Positions 37,466 to 44,905 of a DNA stretch of 64,000 bases are shown here, in pieces. This DNA is from an uncultured Actinomycetes bacterium (GTDB lineage Bacteria > Actinomycetota > Thermoleophilia > Gaiellales > Gaiellaceae). Position numbers and translations under genes: made by a program. Below the pieces are notes generated by a model. The model was not told where the DNA came from, did not search any database, and saw only the letters and a list, made by a program, of their open reading frames with translations. The stretch is from positions 201,543-265,542 of the forward strand of contig CAWAAD010000004.1 of the NCBI GenBank assembly GCA_963779895.1, given 5' to 3'. The number at the start of each line of letters is the position of its first letter. Position 1 is the stretch's first letter.

Positions 37466-38335
37466 GTGGCGCTGGCCACGTGCGCGGAGGTCCCGGAGCT
37501 CGACGAGGACGGCCCGGCCCTGCTCGCGGCCCTGGAGCAGCGCGGTGTCGCGGCCGTCCCGGCGGTCTGGGACGAGCCGGAGGTCGACTGGGACGCGTTC
37601 GACCTCGTGGTCCTCCGCTCCACCTGGGACTACGCCGAGCGGCGCGCCGAGTTCCTGGACTGGGCCTCGCGGCTGCCCCGCGTCCTCAACGCCTTCCCGG
37701 CCCTGCGCTGGAGCTCGGACAAGCGCTATCTGACCGAGCTGGAGCAGGCGGGCGTGCCGATCGTTCCGACGCTGGTGCTCGAGCCCGGCTCGCCGTTCCA
37801 TCCACCGCACGGCGAGTTCGTCGTCAAGCCCGTCGTCTCGGCCGGCGGGCGGAGCTCGGCGCGCTACCTGCCGGAAGCTGCCCGGGCGGCGGCCGCTCAC
37901 GTGCAGGCGCTGCACGCCGAGGAGCGCGACGTCCTGGTGCAGCCGCACGTCGCGGGCGTCGACGAGTCGGGCGAGGTCGCGCTCGTCTACCTCGGCGGGC
38001 GGCTGTCGCATGCCGTTCGCAAGCACGTGGCGCTCGGCCGTGGCCCCCTCGGCGCGGACGAGCTGTACCTCGAGGAGAGGATCGAGCCCGCGCAGCCGAC
38101 GGACGCCGACCTTGCGGTGGCCGATGCCGTCCTCGCCGCGCTCCCTTTCGAGCCTGCGGAGCTTCTCTACGGACGGATCGACCTCGTCCACGATCCCGCG
38201 CCGCTCGTGCTCGAGGTGGAGCTCGTCGAGCCGTCGCTCTACCTGCTGTACGGCGACGGCGCCGCCGCCCGGCTGGCCGACCTGATTGCCCGGGCCGCCG
38301 CTAGGGACCTACGACGCGAAGGTGAGGATCGCTAG
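37466..38335 (+). CDS. ATP-grasp domain protein (RimK/glutathione-synthetase-like)
   Basis: The tail of ORF 36098-38335 from the GTG at 37466: [16 protein letters not shown]..., [34 protein letters not shown]...[12 protein letters not shown]. Confidence 0.7.
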   Translation: MALATCAEVPELDEDGPALLAALEQRGVAAVPAVWDEPEVDWDAFDLVVLRSTWDYAERRAEFLDWASRLPRVLNAFPALRWSSDKRYLTELEQAGVPIVPTLVLEPGSPFHPPHGEFVVKPVVSAGGRSSARYLPEAARAAAAHVQALHAEERDVLVQPHVAGVDESGEVALVYLGGRLSHAVRKHVALGRGPLGADELYLEERIEPAQPTDADLAVADAVLAALPFEPAELLYGRIDLVHDPAPLVLEVELVEPSLYLLYGDGAAARLADLIARAAARDLRREGEDR

Positions 38336-38502
38336 ACCGAGTCCTGGGCCTGCTCGCCCTGGGCGGGGTCGTCGTTCGTCTCCTCCCAGCGCTTCCGCTC
38401 CTCGCCGGAGGGGTCGACCTGCTCGTCGATCTGCCGCTGGGTCGGGTTGCGACCCTCGTCGTCGATCAGCTCCTCCCCGCTCTCGTGCTCGCGCTCTGTC
38501 AT
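38332..38502 (-). CDS. Unannotated 56-aa highly acidic hypothetical protein
   Basis: ATG at 38502 is preceded by GGAGG with a 5-nt spacer. Translation: [56 protein letters not shown]-stop. It falls below the 60-aa cut-off of the ORF track. Its stop overlaps the ATP-grasp stop (CTAG). Confidence 0.4.
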   Translation of the reverse strand: MTEREHESGEELIDDEGRNPTQRQIDEQVDPSGEERKRWEETNDDPAQGEQAQDSV

Positions 38503-38578
38503 CGAAGCCTCCTCGTTCGTCGAAGTCCGAGCATTCCCACCGGGCTCGGGCCGTGAAACCTCCGTTACTCTCTGTCAC

Positions 38579-39568
38579 ATGGAGCCGCTCGTCGACGGAT
38601 GGGGACGTGAGATCAAGAGCCTGCGGGTCTCGGTCACCGACAAGTGCAACTTCCGCTGCCGCTACTGCATGCCGGCGGAGGGGCTCGAGTGGCTGGAACG
38701 CGACGAGCTGCTCTCCTTCGAGGAGATCGCCCGCCTCGTACGCGTGCTCGCCGCGATGGGCGTCGACGAGATCCGCCTGACGGGCGGCGAGCCGCTCGTG
38801 CGGCGCGATCTGCCCCAGCTCGTCAGCCAGCTCTCGGCGATCCCCGGCGTGCGCGACCTCTCGCTGACGACGAACGGCGTGCTCCTCGACCGGCTGGCAG
38901 GCCCCCTGGTGGAGGCTGGCCTGAAGCGACTGAACGTCTCGCTCGACTCGCTCTCCCACGTCCGCTTCTCGGAGATCACGCGGCGGGACGCGCTCGACCG
39001 CGTGCTCGCCGGGCTCGAGGAGGCGGAGCGCTATCCGGAGCTGCGTCCGATCAAGGTCAACTGCGTCGCGATGCGCGGGTTCACCGAGGAAGAGGTGCCG
39101 GCGCTGGCGCAGCTCGCGCGCGACAAGCCCTACGTCGTCCGCTTCATCGAGTTCATGCCACTGGACGCCGACGAGTCCTGGCGCGGGGACGACGTGCTCA
39201 CCGGCGACGAGATCCGGGCGCTGATCGAGGAGCGCTGGCCGCTCGTCGAGATCCCGGCGAAGCCCTCGTCCACTGCGCGCCGGTTCCGGTTCGCCGACGG
39301 GGCCGGCGAGATCGGCTTCGTCAACCCGGTCTCGGAGCCGTTCTGCTCGAGCTGCGACCGGATCCGGCTGACTGCCGACGGGCAGCTCCGCACGTGTCTC
39401 TTCTCCCGCCGCGAGTGGGACCTGAAGACGCCGCTGCGAAACGGCGCCTCCGATGCCGAGCTGGAGCGCCTCCTGCGCTTCGCCGTGCAACACAAGGAGC
39501 TCAAGCACAAGATCAACGAGGCCGGTTTTGTGCGGGCTAGTCGATCAATGTCCCAGATTGGCGGCTGA
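38579..39568 (+). CDS. moaA: GTP 3',8-cyclase MoaA (radical SAM)
   Basis: From MEPLVDGWGREIKSLRVSVTDKCNFRCRYCMP (CxxxCxxC), LTGGEPL, and the C-terminal cluster FCSSCDRIRLTADG. The track ORF start at 38447 is an upstream read-through. Confidence 0.93.
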   Translation: MEPLVDGWGREIKSLRVSVTDKCNFRCRYCMPAEGLEWLERDELLSFEEIARLVRVLAAMGVDEIRLTGGEPLVRRDLPQLVSQLSAIPGVRDLSLTTNGVLLDRLAGPLVEAGLKRLNVSLDSLSHVRFSEITRRDALDRVLAGLEEAERYPELRPIKVNCVAMRGFTEEEVPALAQLARDKPYVVRFIEFMPLDADESWRGDDVLTGDEIRALIEERWPLVEIPAKPSSTARRFRFADGAGEIGFVNPVSEPFCSSCDRIRLTADGQLRTCLFSRREWDLKTPLRNGASDAELERLLRFAVQHKELKHKINEAGFVRASRSMSQIGG

Positions 39569-39608
39569 GCGAGATCACGACAGACTCGGGCGTTAGAATC
39601 TTCTTGCC

Positions 39609-40358
39609 GTGAGCGCCCTTGCAGCAGCCGGTCGTCGCTACCTGCCCAGAGGGTGGGCCGACCTCGGCCGCCAGGTTGCGATCTGGTTCGGCTTTCTCGC
39701 CGCCTACCAGCTCGCGCGCGGCCTGGCCGACCGCAACCCCCCGCGCGCCTTCCAGAACGGGCTGCACGTGATCGGGATCGAGCGCCACGCGCACGCGCTG
39801 ATCGAGCTCACGCTCCAGCGCTTGGTGGACGGTTCGCAGCTGCTCGCCACGCTCGCGTCGTGGACCTACTGGAACTCGGAGTTCACCGTAGTCGGGCTCG
39901 CGCTCATGTGGGTCTACCTCCGCCGGAACGACGCCTTCGTGCGCTTCCGGAACGCGATCCTGCTCGCGAACGTGCTCGGGCTCGTGGGCTACATCTTCCT
40001 GCCGACCGCGCCACCGAGGATGTTCCCCGACCTCGGCTTCGTGGACACGCTCGCCGACTTCAGCGGCCTCAACCACGGGAGCGGGCTCGTCGAGGTCGTC
40101 TCGAACCCCTACGCCGCGATGCCGAGCCTGCACGCCGCGGACGCCCTGATCGTCGGGCTCGTCCTCTTCTCCGTCTGCCGGACGCGCTTCCTGAAGCCTC
40201 TCTGGCTGGTCTGGCCGGCGTGGGTCTGGTTCAGCGTGATGGCGACGGGCAACCACTTCTGGCTCGACGTCCTGGCCGGGATTTTCGTGGCGGCGATCGC
40301 GTACGGGATCGTCTACGGGCGCCCGCTCCGGCGCTTCCGCCGGCCGGCGACGGCCTAG
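39609..40358 (+). CDS. PAP2_C / inositol-phosphorylceramide-synthase-like membrane phosphatase family protein
   Basis: Intact 249 aa and polytopic. It has the motifs NPYAAMPSLHAADAL and ATGNHFWLDVLAG, typical of the PAP2 C-terminal (Aur1/sphingomyelin-synthase-like) family. Confidence 0.7.
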   Translation: MSALAAAGRRYLPRGWADLGRQVAIWFGFLAAYQLARGLADRNPPRAFQNGLHVIGIERHAHALIELTLQRLVDGSQLLATLASWTYWNSEFTVVGLALMWVYLRRNDAFVRFRNAILLANVLGLVGYIFLPTAPPRMFPDLGFVDTLADFSGLNHGSGLVEVVSNPYAAMPSLHAADALIVGLVLFSVCRTRFLKPLWLVWPAWVWFSVMATGNHFWLDVLAGIFVAAIAYGIVYGRPLRRFRRPATA

Positions 40359-40362
40359 TCTC

Positions 40363-41001
40363 TTGAGCCGCCCGGCCGGCCTTGCCGCGGTGAAGCGCGG
40401 CTACACGGACGGCACCCGCCGCCTCGCCTCGCGCTGGATCGGCGGCCTCGCGCGCACGCGCGTGACTCCGAACGCCCTCACCGCCGCCGGTATCAGCCTC
40501 TGCGGCGTCGCCGCGGTGCTCGTCTGGTTCGGCGACCACGACCAGTGGCCGATCTACTGGGGCGCCGCCGTGCTCTTCGTCGTCGGCTCGGTGCTCGACA
40601 TCCTCGACGGGGCGCTCGCCCGCCACGGAGGCAAGGCGACTCCGTTCGGCGCGTTCCTCGACTCGATCTCCGACCGCGTGAGCGAAGGGTTCGTGCTGAC
40701 CGCGGTCGCGCTCGTCTTCTCCCGCCACGGGAACGAGGTCGCCCTCGCGTTTGCGATCGCGGCGATGGCCGGCTCGTTCCTCGTCTCCTATGCGCGCGCG
40801 AAGGCCGAGCTGCTCGGGCTGCGCGGAGACGTCGGCCTCGGCAGCCGCGCCGAGCGCGTGGTCGTGATCACGGGCGGCCTCGTCTTCGCTCCTTGGGGCG
40901 GGCTGCAGTGGGCGATCTATTTCCTCGCGCTGACCGCGTGGTTCACAGTCCTCCAGCGGGTCATGAGCGTCCGCAAGCAACTCCGCGCCGACCGCCTCTA
41001 G
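40363..41001 (+). CDS. CDP-alcohol phosphatidyltransferase, phosphatidylinositol-phosphate synthase-like
   Basis: Exact family motif D-x2-DG-x2-AR-x8-G-x3-D-x3-D in [28 protein letters not shown]. Polytopic. It sits 4 nt after the PAP2 gene and immediately upstream of ino1. The substrate assignment is inferred from context. Confidence 0.8.
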   Translation: MSRPAGLAAVKRGYTDGTRRLASRWIGGLARTRVTPNALTAAGISLCGVAAVLVWFGDHDQWPIYWGAAVLFVVGSVLDILDGALARHGGKATPFGAFLDSISDRVSEGFVLTAVALVFSRHGNEVALAFAIAAMAGSFLVSYARAKAELLGLRGDVGLGSRAERVVVITGGLVFAPWGGLQWAIYFLALTAWFTVLQRVMSVRKQLRADRL

Positions 41002-41005
41002 CCCC

Positions 41006-41033
41006 TATACTGCTAGCACTCCTGTGCTAGCAC
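41006..41033 (+). promoter_or_regulatory. Candidate -10 box plus duplicated palindromic operator TGCTAGCA(C) x2
   Basis: TATACT at 41006-41011. The 9-mer TGCTAGCAC occurs at 41011-41019 and 41025-41033 (14-nt register), and each copy contains the perfect 8-bp palindrome TGCTAGCA. The second copy overlaps the GTG start (41024) of the Arc-like ORF. Confidence 0.45.
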
Positions 41034-42469
41034 CGACCCGCAAAGGTGTCCTCGTCCGAATGCCAGCGGCGCTGAAGCGGCTCCTCTCCGACGAGGTGAC
41101 CCGCTCCGGCCGGAGCCTCAACGACGTCGCGGTGGGAATCCTCGCGTCCCGCTTCGCAGTCTCGTTCGAGCCGAGTGGCCGACCGGGCAGGCCGCCGGGC
41201 CGAAGCGGATCGGTGCTCCTGCGCATGCCGCCCGAGCTGAAGGAGACGCTCACCGCGCGCGCGGCACAGCGCAAGCGCAAAGTCAACGACCTGATCGTCG
41301 AGACGCTCTCGGAGCGCCTCGGAAAGGAACCCATGGCTGCAACCAACGGCAAGGTGCGACGCTCGGACGACAAGGTCCGCGTCGCGATCATCGGCGTCGG
41401 CAACTGCGCGAGCTCACTCGTGCAGGGCGTCGAGTACTACAAGGATGCCGAGCCCGGAACGTTCGTGCCCGGCCTGATGCACGTCGATCTCGGCGGCTAC
41501 CACGTCCGCGACGTCGAGTTCACGGCCGCCTTCGACGTCACCACCGACAAGGTCGGCAAGGATCTCTCCGAAGCGATCTGGGGGCACCCGAACAACACGA
41601 TCAAGTTCTCCGACGTGCCCAAGACGGGCGTAACCGTCAATCGCGGGATGACCCACGACGGGCTCGGGAAGTACCTCTCGGAGGTCGTGACCAAGGCCCC
41701 CGGCGAGACCGACGACGTGGTCGGGATCCTCAAGGAGACGGGCACCGACGTGGTCGTCAACTACCTGCCGGTCGGCTCCGAGGAGGCGACCAAGTGGTAC
41801 ACGGAGCAGATCCTGAACGCGGGCTGCGCGATGGTCAACTGCATGCCGATCTTCATCGGGCGTGAGAGCTACTGGCAGCGGCGCTTCGAGGAGAAGGGCC
41901 TGCCGATCATCGGCGACGACATCAAGTCGCAGGTCGGCGCCACGATCACGCATCGCGTCCTGATGGGCATCTTCCGCGACCGCGGCGTCAAGGTCGACCG
42001 CACCTACCAGCTCAACTTCGGCGGGAACTCCGACTTCCTGAACATGCTGGAGCGGGAGCGGCTCGAGTCGAAGAAGATCTCGAAGACCTACTCGATCAAG
42101 TCCACGCTGCCGTACGAGCTCGAGGAGAAGAACATCCACGTCGGCCCCTCCGACCACGTCCCGTGGCTCGAGGACCGCAAGTGGGCCTACATCCGGATCG
42201 AGGGAACGGCCTTCGGCGACGTGCCGCTGAACGCGGAGCTGAAGATCGAGGTCTGGGACTCGCCCAACTCGGCCGGGGTCGTGATCGACGCCGTCCGGCT
42301 GGCGAAGCTGGCGCTCAACCAGGGCGTCTCCGGAACTCTCGGCGCGCCGAGCGCCTACCTGATGAAGTCGCCGCCGAAGCAGATGAAGGACGAGGATGCT
42401 CGCGACCTCACCGAAGACTTCATCCGCAAGCACGCCCGGAAACAGACCAAGCAGCCGGCGAAGGCGTAG
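41024..42469 (+). CDS. ino1: Tandem Arc/ribbon-helix-helix module fused in frame to myo-inositol-1-phosphate synthase
   Basis: Residues 1-103 contain two RHH repeats: [37 protein letters not shown] and [38 protein letters not shown]. They are joined by a Pro/Gly linker. Residues 104-481 are MIPS ([16 protein letters not shown] Rossmann, [16 protein letters not shown]). There is no stop between the modules. An RBS-like GAAAGGAA lies before Met104 (41333). Confidence 0.85.
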   Translation: MLAPTRKGVLVRMPAALKRLLSDEVTRSGRSLNDVAVGILASRFAVSFEPSGRPGRPPGRSGSVLLRMPPELKETLTARAAQRKRKVNDLIVETLSERLGKEPMAATNGKVRRSDDKVRVAIIGVGNCASSLVQGVEYYKDAEPGTFVPGLMHVDLGGYHVRDVEFTAAFDVTTDKVGKDLSEAIWGHPNNTIKFSDVPKTGVTVNRGMTHDGLGKYLSEVVTKAPGETDDVVGILKETGTDVVVNYLPVGSEEATKWYTEQILNAGCAMVNCMPIFIGRESYWQRRFEEKGLPIIGDDIKSQVGATITHRVLMGIFRDRGVKVDRTYQLNFGGNSDFLNMLERERLESKKISKTYSIKSTLPYELEEKNIHVGPSDHVPWLEDRKWAYIRIEGTAFGDVPLNAELKIEVWDSPNSAGVVIDAVRLAKLALNQGVSGTLGAPSAYLMKSPPKQMKDEDARDLTEDFIRKHARKQTKQPAKA

Positions 42470-42480
42470 CAGACTCGGAA

Positions 42481-42512
42481 AGCGGGCGCTGGGATCGCCT
42501 CCAGCGCCCGCT
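42481..42512 (+). terminator. Strong intercistronic hairpin after ino1 (12-bp perfect stem, no U-tract)
   Basis: AGCGGGCGCTGG (42481-42492), loop GATCGCCT, CCAGCGCCCGCT (42501-42512). It lies 12 nt after the ino1 stop and is followed by ACACGGCC, not a T-run. Confidence 0.4.
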
Positions 42513-42565
42513 ACACGGCCGGCGTCCCAAGAGCCGAGGAGCAGCGCCGGGCTACACTCGGGGCG

Positions 42566-44299
42566 ATGGGCCTGCGCGTTTGCCTGGTCACACCCTTTGC
42601 CTGGTCGCGGCCCCACGACGTCAACGAGCACGTTGCCGGGATCGCCGCCGAGCTGCGCGCGCTCGGCCACCTGGTGACCGTGCTCGCGCCCTCGACCCGC
42701 GCGGCCGACCTGCTCGCCGGGCGGCGCGCCCTGCTCGACGGCGCAGGCGAGGAGGTGATCGCCCTCGGCCCGGCCGTTCCGGTCTCGCGGCGGAGCCGGA
42801 TCGGCGTGCCGGTGGGAGTGCGGGCCAACCTGGCGCTCGCGCTCGCCCGAGGCGGCTACGACGTCGTCCACGGCTTCGAGCCCGGGCTGCCCAGCCTCTC
42901 GTACCTGGCGCTCCGCGACGCGCAGGCGCTGGCGGTGGCGACCTTTCTCTCGGCGGAGCGGCTCGGCTACCCGCCCGGGCGTGCGCAGCGGGAGCGGCTG
43001 CTGGGGCGGCTCGACGCGCTGCTCGCGACCTCGGAGGCAACCGCGGAGGCTGCAGCCGAGCGGCTGCCCGGCGACTACCGCGTGCTCTCTCCCGGCGTCG
43101 ACACCGAGCTCTTCCGGCCCGGACGCAAGCGAAGCCTCGTCGTCTACGAGTGGCGGCCGGCCGAGCGTCCCCTCGGCCGTGCGGTCGCCCGGGCGCTGCG
43201 TGGGCTGCCCGACTGGGAGCTCGTGGTGCTGCGGACGAAACCGCTCGCGGGGCGCCCGACGATCTCGCGCTCGCTGCGCGGCCGCGCGCACGTGCGCACG
43301 CTGCGCGACGGGGCGGCGAGGGCGCCGCTGCTCGGGGAGGCGGCGCTCTTCGTACCCGCCTTCGACGGCGTCGAGCGCGTCGCGCTGGAGGCCGGGGCGG
43401 CGGGCGCCGCGATCGTCTCCCCACCCGGCGTCCGCGAGCAACCCGAGCTCGCAGCCGCCGCGATCCTCCGCCTGGCCGAGGACGCCGACTTCCGGGACCG
43501 CTCGGGCACCAGAGCCCGCGCGGACGCCGAGAAGCAGAGCTTTGCCGAGCTGGCCCGCGAGATCGACGGCGTCTACCGCGAGCTCGGGACGCGAAGGAAG
43601 CGCCGCCCGCCGGTGCGGACGATCCCGGCCGAGCACGACTGGATCGCCGTCGACCTCCACCTCCACACCAACTGGTCGCACGACTGCCAGATCCCGGTCG
43701 AGGAGCTGCTCGACCAGGCCGAGGCGCAAGGGCTTGGCGCAATTGCCGTCACCGACCACAACGTCTTCGGTGGCGCTCTCGAGGCGGTCGAGCTTGCCCG
43801 CGGCCGCGACCTGGTGGTGATACCGGGAGAGGAGGTCAAGACCGACGGCCAGGGCGAGGTGATCGGCCTCTTCCTCTCCGAGGAGATCCCGCGCGGCCTG
43901 TCGTTTGCGGAGACGATCGCGGCGATCAAGGCGCAGGGCGGAATCGTCTATCTCCCCCACCCCTTCGACCGGCTGCACGCGATCCCCGACGCGGCCACCC
44001 TGCACCGGCACCTGCAGGATCTCGACGTCCTCGAGGTCTACAACGCGCGGCTGCTGTTCGAGACCTACAACGACGAGGCCCTCCGCTTCGCGCGCAAGTA
44101 CGGGCTGACGATGGGCGCCGGCTCGGACGCGCACGTAGTCCAGGGGATCGGGACGGGCGGTCTGCGGATGCCTGCTTTCGACGGGCCGGAGGAGTTCCTG
44201 GCCGGCCTCCGCCTGGCCCAGGTCCTGCGGCGCCCGCGCTCGCTCCTCTACCTCCAGTCTCTGAAGTGGGCGGCCCAGGCCAAGGAAAGGGTCCGCTAG
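42566..44299 (+). CDS. GT4 (PimA-like) glycosyltransferase fused to a C-terminal PHP-domain phosphoesterase
   Basis: Intact 577 aa. The N-terminal ~340 aa form a GT-B fold (MGLRVCLVTPFAW...HDVNEHV, ...FDGVERVALEAGAAGAAIV). From ~aa 355 (nt ~43640) the PHP motifs appear: VDLHLHTNWSHDC, AVTDHN, IPGEEV, YLPHPFD, GAGSDAH. Confidence 0.85.
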   Translation: MGLRVCLVTPFAWSRPHDVNEHVAGIAAELRALGHLVTVLAPSTRAADLLAGRRALLDGAGEEVIALGPAVPVSRRSRIGVPVGVRANLALALARGGYDVVHGFEPGLPSLSYLALRDAQALAVATFLSAERLGYPPGRAQRERLLGRLDALLATSEATAEAAAERLPGDYRVLSPGVDTELFRPGRKRSLVVYEWRPAERPLGRAVARALRGLPDWELVVLRTKPLAGRPTISRSLRGRAHVRTLRDGAARAPLLGEAALFVPAFDGVERVALEAGAAGAAIVSPPGVREQPELAAAAILRLAEDADFRDRSGTRARADAEKQSFAELAREIDGVYRELGTRRKRRPPVRTIPAEHDWIAVDLHLHTNWSHDCQIPVEELLDQAEAQGLGAIAVTDHNVFGGALEAVELARGRDLVVIPGEEVKTDGQGEVIGLFLSEEIPRGLSFAETIAAIKAQGGIVYLPHPFDRLHAIPDAATLHRHLQDLDVLEVYNARLLFETYNDEALRFARKYGLTMGAGSDAHVVQGIGTGGLRMPAFDGPEEFLAGLRLAQVLRRPRSLLYLQSLKWAAQAKERVR

Positions 44300-44320
44300 C
44301 CGAGAAAGGGGTCTCTGCCT

Positions 44321-44905
44321 TTGCCTGCCGTGAGCGACGAGATCTTCGAGAAGTACCTGCAAAAAGCCATCGCCGAGATCAACGAGCTCGGCGACGAGAT
44401 CGCGCGCGCAGCCGGCGACGGCCGGGTGCCGGTGCTGGGTTCGGGCCACCCGCTGGCGGACGTGCTGCTGCTCAAGCACTCGCCGCGCAGCTCGGAGATC
44501 CAGGAGGGCGTGGCCTTCTACGGGCGCGCGGGGCAGGCGATCCTGAAGTCGCTGCAGCGCTTGCACGTCGACCCGATGGCGGTCTACGGGACGAACTGCC
44601 TCAAGTTCGCCGACGGCGATCCCGAGGAGGCGCGGCCGTGGCTCGCGCGGGAGCTGCACATCGTCCAGCCGAAGCTCGTGGTCGTGATGGGCGAGCCCGC
44701 GCTCGGGTTCCTGAACGAGCTCGAGTTCCCGCTCGCGGAGCCGCTCCAGCCCGCCCTCGGCGAGCTGCGGCGCTTCACGCCGACGATCGAGGCGCTCTTC
44801 GTCCCGGACGTCGACGAGTCGCTCGACGAGCAGCCGGCGAAGACCCGGTTCTGGAACGCGTTCAAGGCACTGGGCCCCTGGTGGGCCGAGCTTCCGCCTT
44901 ATTGA
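44321..44905 (+). CDS. Uracil-DNA glycosylase superfamily protein (atypical motifs)
   Basis: Intact 194 aa. The segment VPVLGSGHPLADVLLLKHSPRSSEIQEGVAFYGRAGQAILKSL aligns to the family-4/5 UDG N-terminal region, but the GE(A/G)PG position reads KHSPR. No Fe-S cysteines. Confidence 0.6.
   Translation: MPAVSDEIFEKYLQKAIAEINELGDEIARAAGDGRVPVLGSGHPLADVLLLKHSPRSSEIQEGVAFYGRAGQAILKSLQRLHVDPMAVYGTNCLKFADGDPEEARPWLARELHIVQPKLVVVMGEPALGFLNELEFPLAEPLQPALGELRRFTPTIEALFVPDVDESLDEQPAKTRFWNAFKALGPWWAELPPY

Noticed and set aside
38309-39508. A 399-aa minus-strand ORF opposite moaA. Similar antisense ORFs are 39537-40256, 40231-40980, 48151-49869, 51221-52876 and 55917-57461.
   Set aside because: Each lies antisense to a gene with a clear family assignment, and each shows the Asp/Glu/Arg/Leu-rich mirror-frame composition.
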